Positions 33,697 through 46,545 of a DNA stretch of 64,000 nucleotides are shown here, in pieces. This DNA is from Schmidtea polychroa (Eukaryota): positions 40,240,001 to 40,304,000 of the forward strand of contig CM097885.1 in assembly GCA_044892525.1 (NCBI GenBank). The letters are read 5' to 3'. Position numbers and translations under genes: made by a program. The notes under the pieces were generated by a model that had not been told where the DNA came from, searched no databases, and saw nothing but the letters and a program-made list of their open reading frames with translations. The first letter of the stretch is position 1, and each line of letters opens with the position of its first letter.

Positions 33697-34287
33697 TGTT
33701 GAGGTCTGTAAATTAAAATAAATTTAAATGAAATTTAGGTTAATAATTTAAATAAAAAGTAAGTGAAGAAAAAAGACAAATAAAAGCGTGATCATGCACC
33801 GAATTGACACTAAAGGAAAGTGTGATGGAAGCAGTATTAGAAAATGCCAAAAGCAATTACGAAAGGCAAGAATCCGGAAATCCGAGAAAAATCAATAAAT
33901 TGTAAAATCATCGAAATCGAATTTGGAAAACGGGACAGGTATAGATTTGCTAATGGTCAACAAGATGATGATTAGCGATTTATCAGAAAATGGTTAGGAA
34001 GGGTCGAAAAGCATTCAAATGTGTAAAAACAGAACGCGTTAATTAATTAATTAATTGGCTAATAGAAAACCCGAGCAAATGGGAAACCCGAGCTAGGTAA
34101 ACAAGAAGAGTAACCATTTGTAACCATTTGTCATCCCGATTTCGAAGAGTATATAAGGAAGGGGAAAATCAGAGCAAATCGGCATTTTAGCTCAGGTAGG
34201 GTAAGAAGAAGTCGAGCTTAGGAAAAGGCAAAAACGAATTTAGGAGATTAGGGAAAAAGAAGATAGAAATAAGAATAAAAAGAGTGA
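33697..34287 (+). repeat. LTR-like segment related to 23959-24745, truncated at a (TA)n tract
   Basis: Starts TGTTGAGG; shares blocks with 24170-24490. Confidence 0.45.
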
Positions 34288-34384
34288 TATATATATATAT
34301 ATACATTTATCCGTTACAAGAGTGAGGCGGGAGACATAGAGTTAAAAATTGATTAATTAAATTGATTAATACAATTTATAGCTG

Positions 34385-34515
34385 ACCACTTGATACCCGT
34401 TGAGCAATCAACGTTGGTACTGTATCAAGGGTTTGTGTACTAGCAAAAAGTGAGCATGTTTAACATACTATAATTGTCTAGCACCCACTGGGGTTCACGG
34501 ACTGCCGATAGAAGG
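34385..34515 (+). other. Dispersed ~140-nt structured motif, copy 1
   Basis: ..GTTGGTACTGT..GTGAGC..GGGTTCACGGACTGCCGATAGAAGGCCTAT. Confidence 0.6.
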
Positions 34516-34727
34516 CCTATGTCCGGTTTCTTTTCGTCCCCGTTGCGACAGTTAACGTTATGGGAAAAATCAAAATTCCCAGATATGGACGTACCAGTAA
34601 AGATTTATTCGGAAAACATGATCATAATTTATAGTGTCCTAGTCGATTCTTTCGGAGTAGACTCTGACCCAGCAGAATGAAGCGTTAATTGGGCCTGGCT
34701 GGCTTGTCTTATTCTCGCCCGCGCCGC

Positions 34728-35089
34728 TTAACCCGGCCGGATCTTCTTCCTCGGAATTATTGGTGGGGTGCACTCCTTCGGTTTGTGGAGCAGCTCACTC
34801 ATGGGTCTGATCTTGGAAATGACCTCTCGATCAAGGTCCTGTTGGTGTACCTTTATCTCCAGCTCCTTCACTCTCAGGCGGAGGGCCCTTAACTCAACCT
34901 GATCCTGTGCACTCTGGAGTTGCAGTTGAGTGATCAGCTTCATCCGTTTTTTCATTTCTGCTGGCGGGAACCAGGTACATTCGAAATTCCGGCAATGGGC
35001 CTTGACTCGTGCTAGTTTGGCCCGGTATTCCTCTGCCTGTTGCTGCGCCCGCTCTCTATCTGCTCGCATCTCTTCCAGGAGTTTTAGCA
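34728..35089 (-). CDS. Orphan coiled-coil protein, TWF family (terminal exon)
   Basis: FECTWFPPAEMKKR matches the motif in 45784-46545 and 50950-51234; preceded by branch point and acceptor CTAATGTTGTCTTGTTTTAG. Confidence 0.55.
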
Positions 35090-35526
35090 CTAAAACAAGA
35101 CAACATTAGTAATTTTCACGTCAGCATCGAGCGTCGAGCATTATTATGAGCATCAATACTAAATGAATGTGATCTCCTCGTCGCAGCCCTCCTCTACGCG
35201 CACCTAAACCGAGTTCTATGAATCTTACCAAACCTTATGGGGCTGTCAACGTTAAGGAAAATTATAGTCAATAGTAATAATAGTCAACGCTATAGAACAT
35301 TATCAAAAATCAAGCAATACACGCAATTAAATTAATATTGACAACCACAACACAAACAAACAATTAAATTGATGTGAACTACCAAGACATAACGAGTAAT
35401 ATTTTAACCCTGGATCAAAGACGTCCATCCCATTACATAATATCACACTGTACATTTAATAACAGAGTCGTTGCATGATAATTAGTTTTCTGTCACAAGT
35501 CGTAGTCTTTGGTCACACCGCAGACG

Positions 35527-36027
35527 TTAGGCGTGTCGCACAACGCTGGCTTTCGGTCCAGTAATTTCCTTGGCTGAGCCGGCGGTTTTTCGTGGGCGTC
35601 CGAGTTTTCTCGGCTGGTCCGGCCCTCGTCGAGGACTTCTCGGGCATTCCAGCCCACGGCGAAGAGCTGCGGTCCGCTCTGGATGGCATTGGGCTCGAGC
35701 GTAACCGTCGATGTCCTCCAGCTCGCCGGCCAGGGTTGCTACTTCGAGCCGGTGCAACCGGTCCACCGCCTCCTTCGCATCGTCGAATGCGTCGCTCAAA
35801 GCCAATGAGGCATAATTGATGTACGGTTCCACCTTCGGGATCACCGGGACTACGTTCTGGTAGGTCCAATCATGGATCTTATACCAGATCCATCTAGACC
35901 TTAGCCGGGCGAGTTCTGCGTCCTCCCTCAATCGGACGGCTTCGTCTGCCTCCTCGCAGGAAATTCCGAGGCTCGAGTCGGTTGCCGAGTGACCTTCCTG
36001 TACGCTCCTTGATTCGGTGTTGGACAT
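35527..36027 (-). CDS. Orphan helical protein with basic C-terminus
   Basis: 166-aa ATG ORF in a GC-rich island; acceptor TTTCTCTTCATCATTACAG lies 2 nt before the ATG. Confidence 0.5.
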   Translation of the reverse strand: MSNTESRSVQEGHSATDSSLGISCEEADEAVRLREDAELARLRSRWIWYKIHDWTYQNVVPVIPKVEPYINYASLALSDAFDDAKEAVDRLHRLEVATLAGELEDIDGYARAQCHPERTAALRRGLECPRSPRRGPDQPRKLGRPRKTAGSAKEITGPKASVVRHA

Positions 36028-38032
36028 GACTGTAATGATGAAGAGAAATATTAAAATATTTCATAACTGACCTTCGTTCATCCATTTGGGTTCGTATTAA
36101 CCAGGGACGTTCATACGTAATATTATATTCCAACCTCAAATGTAACACACATCAAGTCAACAGACAATGCCCTTTGTGATTAAGATGGGTTTAAGTTGCG
36201 AATCAGTTACCCGATTTGACTCTTCGACTGAACTCAAGGGGATTTATTCGATAATTAGCCGTTTAAGAATTTGACCATATATAATTGTTAACTTAACTAA
36301 ATTCATATATATGTAATTTAAGTACTACTAAGTTTAGATTTGATACGTTAAGAGTTGATAAATTAAAATTAGCAAATGAACTACAAAATTTCTATCCTTA
36401 ATTTTTTATTCTCAATTTACTGTTGTTTAACTGAGTCAAAAATATTAAATTGTTGATGTAATGTTTAACCATTATTTAAAAATAATTTATTTAAAAAAAA
36501 ATCATTACAAAAGGAAAGCTATGCTGCTAGGATCCACCACGGGAGGGATATTACTACGTGCCAATAGTATATTCGGCCCCTAGCAATTCTCATCCGTGGG
36601 GGTTGTAAGCAGCTTCATCGTCATTTCAATGGGATGGGTAATTAATCTTCAGATTTCTAAATTCGTTTAATTTCAGAAATATATTCCTCGTGAATTCTAA
36701 CTAATCACAAAATTTGTTTGGACAATTTTTCAAAAACTTCGGCTGGAAATTTGCAATTATCTCAATATTTTGGATCTATGTTTGTACCTGCAGGGGAACT
36801 TTAGGATAATAATTTGAACCCGAGGGGAGTTTTTAGAGAGGCCCTGCTCTCCTCGGTAGGACTTGTACAGTGTCTGGACTGAATTTTTCCAATCAGGTTT
36901 ATAATTTTTGTTGAATATAATGGTTTAGTTTCTGTTGAATTTAATTATCTAGTAAATTTTTATCGTAATAATTATTAAGTGATTCTATCCTCATTTCCTT
37001 TGAATTTAATAAGCTAACGATTCGAATTATAATACATTTTGTTGCTTATTATCCCTCGTCCATGATCATGTGGGTACCTATCTTAGCTTGGGCCGTCAAA
37101 CCTGGGGAAAGGTCCTTTGCCTTTTCCGACATACTTTGGATCTACTTCTGGGACAACAGGGGTTGAATGCGCACGAGTGAGATAAGTTTCCTAGGAAGGT
37201 TGGAGTTCCTACTGACATGGTCGATGGCGATTGGCTCGTTTACGAGAGAGTATGTGTCGTCCATTCGGTCAACTAGAGTTGGTTCGATGAGGGTAACTTG
37301 GGGTTTGCAGGGTTGTTACTATTAATAGAAGCGGTGTTATTGGTCAAATTTTACTATGAGGAAAAGGAAATCGATGATGTCGGTTCTGAACTTTTCTATT
37401 AATAGTAACGTTTTAAGAAATCGATAAATTGGTTGGAGTAAGTTATATAGTTAATAAGTAGGGTAGAATGGGATGTTAGATCGATGATGTCATTCAGGGA
37501 TAACAATAGGAAGAAATTAATTGTGTTCTCCGTAATATCCTGTGATCCAATTTTCTTTATTAAATAAATTTAAATGTGTTAATTATTCATGAATAAAATC
37601 TAAATAGTATTAAATGAGGATTAAATATTAATGTAGATTTATAATTATAATGATTAGAGCCTGGGGTCAATCATAAAAATTATGAAATTATTATGCAATG
37701 AATTATGAGTGATTTTTCTGAATATAACCTGAGTTAGCATGACTAGGCAGTCATTAACGACGGTATGAACCGGGGGAAGGGGGGTTCATTGGTGAAAATT
37801 ATAAAAAAAAAATTTCCCTTTGACATGAAATACAATATATTTAAAAAACAAGCTAACGAGAATCTATGAGTAACTAGTAATGACCACATGGTTTGAGGGG
37901 GGTCAATTGAGAAAAATTCTCTAAATTTATAATATAAGTTGAATATATTTACCGGATAGTCAAATATTAATTTGAGAAGGCACGGCATGTTATGGCATAA
38001 AAATTTCGAAGTTTTTATATAAACTAGACTTT

Positions 38033-38079
<47 letters not shown>

Positions 38080-38480
38080 AGTAAACATAAAATTTTCACG
38101 AAATAATTCAAGAAGTCATTTTATAATTAGTCAAATTAATATAGATGTTAATATATAAATTCCTATAACATAATTCTAGATAGTATGGTTTAGTAATTAA
38201 TCTATATTAACCAAACAATATGGCCACCCGGGTATATATTTATTGAACGTCCTTTGGATGGGACAGATTCTTTTTAATCAACTATATACATTTCTAAAAT
38301 CATCAGATGATGTTGATACTAGTAGGTATAGGTAGAAAATATTTTATCTAGTACAAGGTTAATAATTAGTATAGACATATAAATTCCTGAAATTCATTTT
38401 TAAATAATATCGATTTGAAATATGCTAACTACATAATATCAATGTTAATTTATAATTATATAGACTTAAAATCATTATCA

Positions 38481-38655
<175 letters not shown>

Positions 38656-41435
38656 TATAGATTTAAAATCATTATCAAATAATATAGACATCAATATCTT
38701 TATAAAATATATTTTCGACAATGTAGCCTAAAAAATTTGTATTCATTGACCCAATAGTCTAGACATTAATATGTAAAATCGTGGGTAGGTTTAGACTCAA
38801 TCTTTTCATATTCATTAAGAGGTGATTTAAAAGCATAACAGTTTCAGATTCTTCTCCGACATAATCGATAAGGTACTATACAATATGATAGCGATTTTCA
38901 TTTTAGAAAAATTGAAGAATTTTGTTTTCCAGAGATAAAAGGGCTTTCATGATATCAATATTTTTATGAGGCTACATTGTAGAGACGGGGCTCATTCAAA
39001 GTACTTTTAATGGTATCAAAATTAAGGTACCATAAACTGGATAATTACACTAGATTCGGGTTCTTGATTATTAAATTTTCTGATTAAATATAATTACAGG
39101 TAATACCAATTAGAGTATATTAATAATATTCGATATCCAAAGTATTAAACATTTGAATAATTTGGTGCAATTAACCGACTACTTGAGAACTTTTGTGATA
39201 ATTTAAGTCTGGGATATTTCCCTTTTAGGCATTCCTAGTGATATATTTCTTATAGAATAGTTGAGTGTTTATTTTGGATATGTCATTTACCGAAAAGTCA
39301 ATTAATTAAAATTTTCCTACTTTCCCGACTCAACTGAATACGGTACGATAGGCCTTATTGTACTATGTTTCCCGCGATTACTATCCCAAATTTTATTTCG
39401 TCCGCATAGTCCCTGTGACTATGCCAACTACCGGGATGGATTTACCCGCCCTACTCCTGGTTAGAAACCATTTGTTCGTGGCGACCTCCGGTTAAAAAAA
39501 AATTGAAATTTTTATGCATGTAGGGTCATAGACCCGAATTTGTGCCGTTAGTTAGAAACAAGGCTGATCAGCGTCGTGGATACAACCCGTTCGCGACGAT
39601 GCTGGTCACTCTTGTTACATAATAGCAAAATTAAATGTGACAAAAAGACAAAAATTAATTAATATAATAGGCATAATAACACAATGACAATTAAAATAAT
39701 ATAATCAACGGTCCTTACTTTCGGTTTCACTTGAATTTTCGATGAAAATTTTTGGCATACAAAAAGATTAAATTGTGACTAAAATGCGTCGGTATATATA
39801 CCTATTTTGTACACGTGTATGTATTGATGCATTAAAACAAACTCGAATTCTTTTTATTCCGTTCCAAATCCATCATGGACGTAAAATTAATGAAAAATAA
39901 TTTAAAAATCAAAATTCAATAATTCAAATAACAAAAAGTAAAAAGAAATAACCTAAGAATTAAAAAAGGCATAAAAGTTGAGGAAAACGAAAATTAACCT
40001 AAAATGCCCACATGCGGCAAATTTTATCAAAAATGAAAAAATCAGAAAATAAAATTAATTATAAGTTACAAGAAATCACCATTAAAATTGATAAAAATAG
40101 AAATTCGAAATTAAGTAGAATAAAAATAATTCTAATTTGTTTCACTGAATCAATGCACGCAACACATACTTGCACACAAAAATTAGGTTATATATACCAA
40201 TGCATTTCGGTCACAAAACACCACTTTTTACTCTTTATTCTTGTATGATTTTATGAAAAAAAATTTTCGCAGTAAACTTCAACAAGTATGATTATTTTTG
40301 TTTGTGTGCATTATGTCAAAAATTTTGTGTACCATTATGAAAATATAATGTTGTCAAAATCATTTTATGTTTTCAATATTCTTTTTGAACAAGCGAGATT
40401 ATTCCCAACCCAACTTTTCTTTGCGCGCTCACAGCCAACTACTACTGCAAGACAATGAATTTAACCGCAACCCGTAGTGTCGGTGTTACTACGCCGTGTA
40501 TATGGAGCAGTTTTACCTGCATGTATATCAGGTAGTTCGGGTTGACCGATGCAAACATTGGACTTCATAGACATTGTCTATATATGATGTAATTTATCGA
40601 ATAAAATTGGCTGAGGCAACGACAAGCTTATACAGTGGACGTTAACCACATTGTGTACAATGCGAGGCGTATCCACTTGAAAATACTTCGTGGTGACCAA
40701 CTTAGTTAACGAAACTATGCTTGGTGCTAAACTTAACCTAACTAAATTATCTGCGGCTACAACGGGCTTTTGGTTCGGTTGTAGTTGTGGCTCCTATATA
40801 ACATTAGGGTTCGACGTACCGTTTCGAGTTGGCCGAGAAACCGAATACGAGTTGTAATTAATCAGAGCTATAGTGCATCACCGACCTTACACAGTTAAAC
40901 TCAACACTTAATCCTATCATACTCATAATTATAATAACAATTCTGATAATAATTAAAATCGCGACACAGTGGTTGAGAATCACTGCTTTAGAGAATTAAG
41001 AAAAATAAATCAATGACAAATAAACAATTCATAAACTACAGTTAAAAACTTTCTGGAAATTTACGAACTCGAAAGTATTATCTGTTGATCGTTCTCACAT
41101 TTTATATTTCTTAAGTTTGAAACAATCCAATAATAAACCCCAAAGAAGATCCCAGAATTCTACAAAATAAAATTCAAGAAAAAAGTGCGTAATTTTATTT
41201 TTTTTTAAATAAAAGTTGTAAAATTTTTATTGTTGCTTAATATTATATATTTTTACATATTACATACAAGCACTCAAGATGTCCCGAGACAGTATTTTTA
41301 AAGGTGATTCGGCTGGACTCTACACATTTCTCCATAACACAGCTTATAGTCCACCATCACTACAATATTTAATATCACTAAAGAACATAATAATTACCAA
41401 TGAGTCCATATCATAAAAATATAAATTAAGCTTAC

Positions 41436-41572
41436 CCAATGGTCCAGTGGTCGATGAATAAGCTGGAGTTTACTTAGTGAAAGCGAGTATAACAGAGTAC
41501 TAGCAGTTCGACAGTCACCAGCTAAATTTAATTTTCCAGCAGATGTGCATAACATTGCTCGAATATAAAAAC
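41436..41572 (-). other. Possible isolated host coding exon
   Basis: TTTTAG acceptor, GTAAGC donor and an open frame (FYIRAMLCTSAGKLNLAGDCRTASTLLYSLSLSKLQLIHRPLDHW); no product recognised. Confidence 0.25.
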
Positions 41573-41880
41573 CTAAAATAGCATTTAAATCATAAACAAT
41601 TATAATAAACTATTTTAATAATAAATTTATGCAATGATGTACTCAAACACCAGATAAGTAATTTCTATCATGGAATTAAACTGAGATAAAATTCTTAAAA
41701 GAAATAAAAATTTAAATTAACCAGAATTAACTTGCCTGGGTAGAAAGAATTTTTTTCATTAAACAATTTAATCTCTATTGTTGGCGCCTATGGTTGTGAC
41801 ATTCCAAAATATGAAGTAGGGGTAGCTGTGGCTTTCTTAACCCGACTCCTTCCTAGATGCTAAAGTGATTGTTGTCTTTA

Positions 41881-42025
41881 GACCATCTATGTACTCATGG
41901 CGACGGTCATGTTAGTGCTGTACATAATGGTTGAGAATCCATGAACTGGTGAGCTTCTTAGTGTAAACTACTCTTCATGGTGTTCTCAATTCGGGTCTTG
42001 AATGCCGATGGAAGGTCTTACATCC
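41881..42025 (+). other. Dispersed structured motif, copy 2
   Basis: GTACTCATGG..ATGTTAGTGCTGT..GGTGAGC..CGGGTCTTGAATGCCGATGGAAGGTCTTAC. Confidence 0.65.
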
Positions 42026-42245
42026 CTGTAACGAAATTCGGTGAGATTAGCCCGAAAACACCTGGTCCAAGAAAGGTTATCTTTGATGTTCCTCTCTCAT
42101 ACATTCACACCACCGGCTATACAGATCACAACATTCCCGAGTTTCAATTGAATTTGCCTAATTTAATAACTTTTGTAAGATGTGTAAGATATTTAGATCC
42201 CTTTCATCATATATAAAGATGTCATTGCAAACAATCTCGAAGGAT

Positions 42246-42323
<78 letters not shown>

Positions 42324-43284
42324 TAAAGTGATTGTTGTCTTTAGACCATCTATGTACTCATGGCGATATATCATACGCTAACACACATTACAATCTATCA
42401 TAGTTCAATGTCTCAGAGTACTGTAAACAAATAGATTCAGTTACAGATTTAAGATATTTTCATTCAGATCGTTATTAATGGAAAGGACACTTCGGTGGCA
42501 GTGGCCTCAATTTACAACCCCTGCGATGTGACTTTGTCGGTTGACCAGAATTCGAGGTCTTCGGCTTCTTGTAATAGGAGGTTGAGATCGGCTTCGAGTT
42601 GCGAGTCATAAGTCCATGGGTAGCGGTTGCGGACACCATTCCGAAAGAAGGTGGTTGGGTGACCACCGGTAATGATACTACACTTAGCATGGCTAGTAGG
42701 GAGACAAAAAATAATGCCGCCTCCACTTTGTGTGAGAGCCAGAATTAGTAGTGGTTGGCTGATTGCTGACGACTGGTGGAATGACTACTGGTACCGATTC
42801 TTTGGTCGGAGCTGCACTGGTGCCGGTATACAGAATATCAGGAGTGGAAAAGGGGACTCTATCTCGTGATTTTTGACAGAACCCTGTCTAACAATTTGTA
42901 AGTAGATCCAATTAGGACCGGATGAAATTCAAATCTAACATTGACGATTGATGTGATAATAAAATTTATATAAGAAATAAAACTAACTATTGTTAGAAGA
43001 TGGGAGAATCCTAAAAATTTTAAAATTAAAATATTATACAATAGGGGCAGATAGATATAGAATAAATATACATATTCAGAAATAAGAATTGATTCGAATA
43101 CAAGATAACTATGATGATGACAATTTGGTGATTTATCGACAATTATGACTACATTGATTAAATTATTTTGATTATGACATCGATTGTTTTTATTTAAATG
43201 GTGAAATTATTATTATCATTATTATTATTGTTGTTGTCATTATTGTTGTTGTTATTATTGTTGTTATTATTATTGTTATTACTA

Positions 43285-43334
<50 letters not shown>

Positions 43335-45359
43335 TCAATCAACATATGTTGATTCAAGGAATGTGTATTTACTTCATTGCACTAAGTGCATTTAGTCAAA
43401 ATTTTGTTTGTTTGGTGTTTTTGCACTGGGTGATTTGTCAATTATTTTAAGTGCACTATGGCACAAGTCAAAAATGTTTATTTTGTGCACTAAGTGCACT
43501 ATGAAAAAATTAATTTAAAATTTGAAAAAATAAAAATCTAAAATGCCTAAAAATGAAAAACAATTAAATAATTTCATAAAATTAGCAAAGAGATTAATAT
43601 TGAATATATTGAAAAATCCTTCAATTAGATAACCTGTACAATTTTTTACTGAGAGTGATGCAGAAGACAAAAAAGTCAGAATTGTTAATTAAAAAGAAAA
43701 AAGAATTAAATAAATAATAGATAAGCATATTAACAACATATTAATAATCCTCCAACTTTGTTTCTTTGAGTCTTTTTAACTGTTTTCACATGTAATCTTA
43801 CAGTTATCGAATTGAATATGTTTTGGAATTTATCAACTACTAATCTTTTATTGAATTATTAGGAATACTTATTGAAAAATACTTCTATTTATTAACTGTT
43901 TTTGAGGAATAACAAATACGTTAAAGATGCTGGATAAAAGGATAATTCCAAAAATAGCAACAATTAAAATCTGCACTTTTAAAAACAGAAATTCTATTGA
44001 CTTTAACAAAACAGAGTGTATTGACATTCGAAATGGAGTGTCAACATGGATTTCATATATAAGTCGACTGATTCCTCAGTCAAATCACCCAAAAAATCAT
44101 TTGCGAAGAAGAGTGGCAAATTCAGTAATTGATATTGCAATATAATTGGACATACAGATTTACATAACAGAGCTCAGGTAATAACATTTAGAGACTATAA
44201 GCAAAGAAAACAAGACAAAAAAAGAACCCTATATAAAATTATATAATTGACTGTGTGAAAAGGTGAATATTTTATTTTGTAATATATCATTATTGTTATC
44301 AAATAAAAGTCTTAAAAGAACCAGTGTTTGACTTATTTATTTATATAAGATCATCAAGTTGAGATTCTTGGAACCTCAACACTATTGACGGCTTATATCC
44401 TGAGGTAATATAAAATCCAATATAAAACTGTACCCCATAGTATAAAAATAAAATGAAATTGAACATGCAATTAAATAAAATTAGAGTGAGGGGAATTTAA
44501 GTTGATTTTTTAGTTGTGTAAAGATTTTGACTCCTAATTCAATAGAATTAGAATTAAAGTCGGGGAAGTTTTGGACTTGTATGAAAATAAATGGTGTGTA
44601 AGTATGAGATGGTATATGGATATGTGATGATACGTGATCACAAATGGATGTACGGCTGATGGGTGCACACAACCAAAGTGTATAGTTGTCAAGCGCTTTT
44701 ATCGATCAGATGATAAATCTATTTGCAAATCAATGCTTAACGTCGGTACACACGAGCGCATACCGATGGCTATCGTCATCAGATACATTTTTAATTTACC
44801 AAAATGCCAATACAACAATCCACAGCCGAGACTGGTTCTGACGAAGCCGGCCCATCTCATGTGGGACGTTATCTAGAGTCCTAAAATGAGTTCAGAAATG
44901 TCAAACGACCTACTGGCAACCTACATTCCGCAATGTGAGTGGTTGTGGGCCAAAATTCGCTCATGGAACAATGAATTCATACTAGAATCCAGCCGACGCC
45001 ACGACGTCAGGCCAACGTCAAGTGTGAGCCAACCATAAATCCAGTCCAACTGGCACGGACTCAAGCCGTGAAGGACATAAACCAGGCAATCGCCCGGCTC
45101 AGGCGAGTCGAGTTAGATATAGAAGCAGGTATCATTGAGGATACTGATGGAGAATATACACGCCTGCATTTATTACTGAATGACTCTGACGATATTTGTT
45201 TGGAAGGATGAATATTGAAAGTATGCTGGGTAGTAGCATACTGTTGGCGTATGTGGGGAAAAGACAAAATCTACATCCAACGGTTGATACCTACAAAGCC
45301 TCACCCTTCTACTCTGACGCTCCCTTACATACTCCAAATGATCATGCGGATATTCCCAC

Positions 45360-45500
45360 GTATGAGCCCGTGACGATATTTTCACGTTGGTACTGCCCAC
45401 ACGGGTCGGAGTTGATCAATAGGTGAGCCCCTGCCTTAGGACTACTATTAATCCCCTCGCGGTTCGGGTTCCTCGGTGCCTTAGAAGGACTTACCCACTT
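45360..45500 (+). other. Dispersed structured motif, copy 3
   Basis: ACGTTGGTACTG..AGGTGAGCCCC..CGGGTTCCTCGGTGCCTTAGAAGGACTTAC. Confidence 0.65.
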
Positions 45501-45783
45501 CACATATCTAACCTAGTCCGATCCTGGTCCAAAGGAACGACCGTCAGTGATTCTGATCTATACTCAGTCTCATATCTACCTTGTTCAATTACCCAGTCAT
45601 ACTTAACGCAACTTTAACATTCGAAAACACAGAAAAATGTATTACAAACTAACACAAAACGACACACTAATTATACATTATCAGAACTTAAATCACGCAC
45701 GAATGTACTAATATTCAATCAGCAGTCAAGAAGCTCAAATAGTTTTCAGTTCAATAACGGGAATCGGGCCGATTCAGGTTACA

Positions 45784-46545
45784 TTACGCGAAACCGTCTC
45801 CTTCTGCTAGCATTTCGTCGATGTCCACCGGTAGTCGGTGGTCCGAAACGAATTTAATGCCTTCGGCTGGCACCACGCGAAAAACTTCTTTGGAGGGAAC
45901 GGAATGCGTGGAGGAGATCTCCCGAATTGTCGAATTCGCAGCCGACAAGGATGCTTCTAAGGCGGCCATTGCTTCTCTTCGCTTTTGATTCTTGGCCGCT
46001 CGAGTTGGTCGTTTTCTCTTCCTGGAGGGCTGACTATCTTCTACTACCAGGGCATTACCCGGGGCTACAAGAATTGGAGCCAAAATAGGATCAGACGAAC
46101 CGCTTGCCATCGGCTGATAGCCCGACAAGACTGGAGCGGGAACGGGTGGTAGATGTGTACCGTGCCCTTGACAGCTGGAAGTAGAGACTGCAGACGATAA
46201 GTGGTGCAGAGGGAAGACATTTGTGTTATCCAGCGCGGGGAATTCCCGTACCCGTTTGGCTAGCTCCGCCTCCGTGTAGACCTTGTGGAGGGCTTCAGAC
46301 TGGGCTTTTATTGTCAATCGTTGATTGCGACTCTCCTCCAGGAGGCTATCTCGACAATGTTCCAGTCGCAGGATCTTGCTACGCTCCTCCTTCATTTGTG
46401 GCGGGGAGAACCACGTACCTTCATAGAGATCGATTCTCTTTTTAAGAGCCCCGATATACAAGTGCAGCTGAGCAATATCTGCGTTCTTGTCAGCGCAAGA
46501 GAAACACGGGCGAAGTTCCTTAACATTGTTCGACGGTGTAGTCAT
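45784..46545 (-). CDS. Orphan coiled-coil protein, TWF family, intact
   Basis: 253 aa; PCFSCADKN (CxxC), GALKKRIDLYEGTWFSPPQMKE, NLS-like SRKRKRPTRA; acceptor TTTAATTTATAG directly before the ATG. Confidence 0.65.
   Translation of the reverse strand: MTTPSNNVKELRPCFSCADKNADIAQLHLYIGALKKRIDLYEGTWFSPPQMKEERSKILRLEHCRDSLLEESRNQRLTIKAQSEALHKVYTEAELAKRVREFPALDNTNVFPLHHLSSAVSTSSCQGHGTHLPPVPAPVLSGYQPMASGSSDPILAPILVAPGNALVVEDSQPSRKRKRPTRAAKNQKRREAMAALEASLSAANSTIREISSTHSVPSKEVFRVVPAEGIKFVSDHRLPVDIDEMLAEGDGFA

Noticed and set aside
43365..43505. CRISPR-like array from repeated TGCACTAAGTGCA units
   Set aside because: Units are short and irregular, there are no cas genes and the context is eukaryotic; more likely DNA-transposon subterminal repeats.
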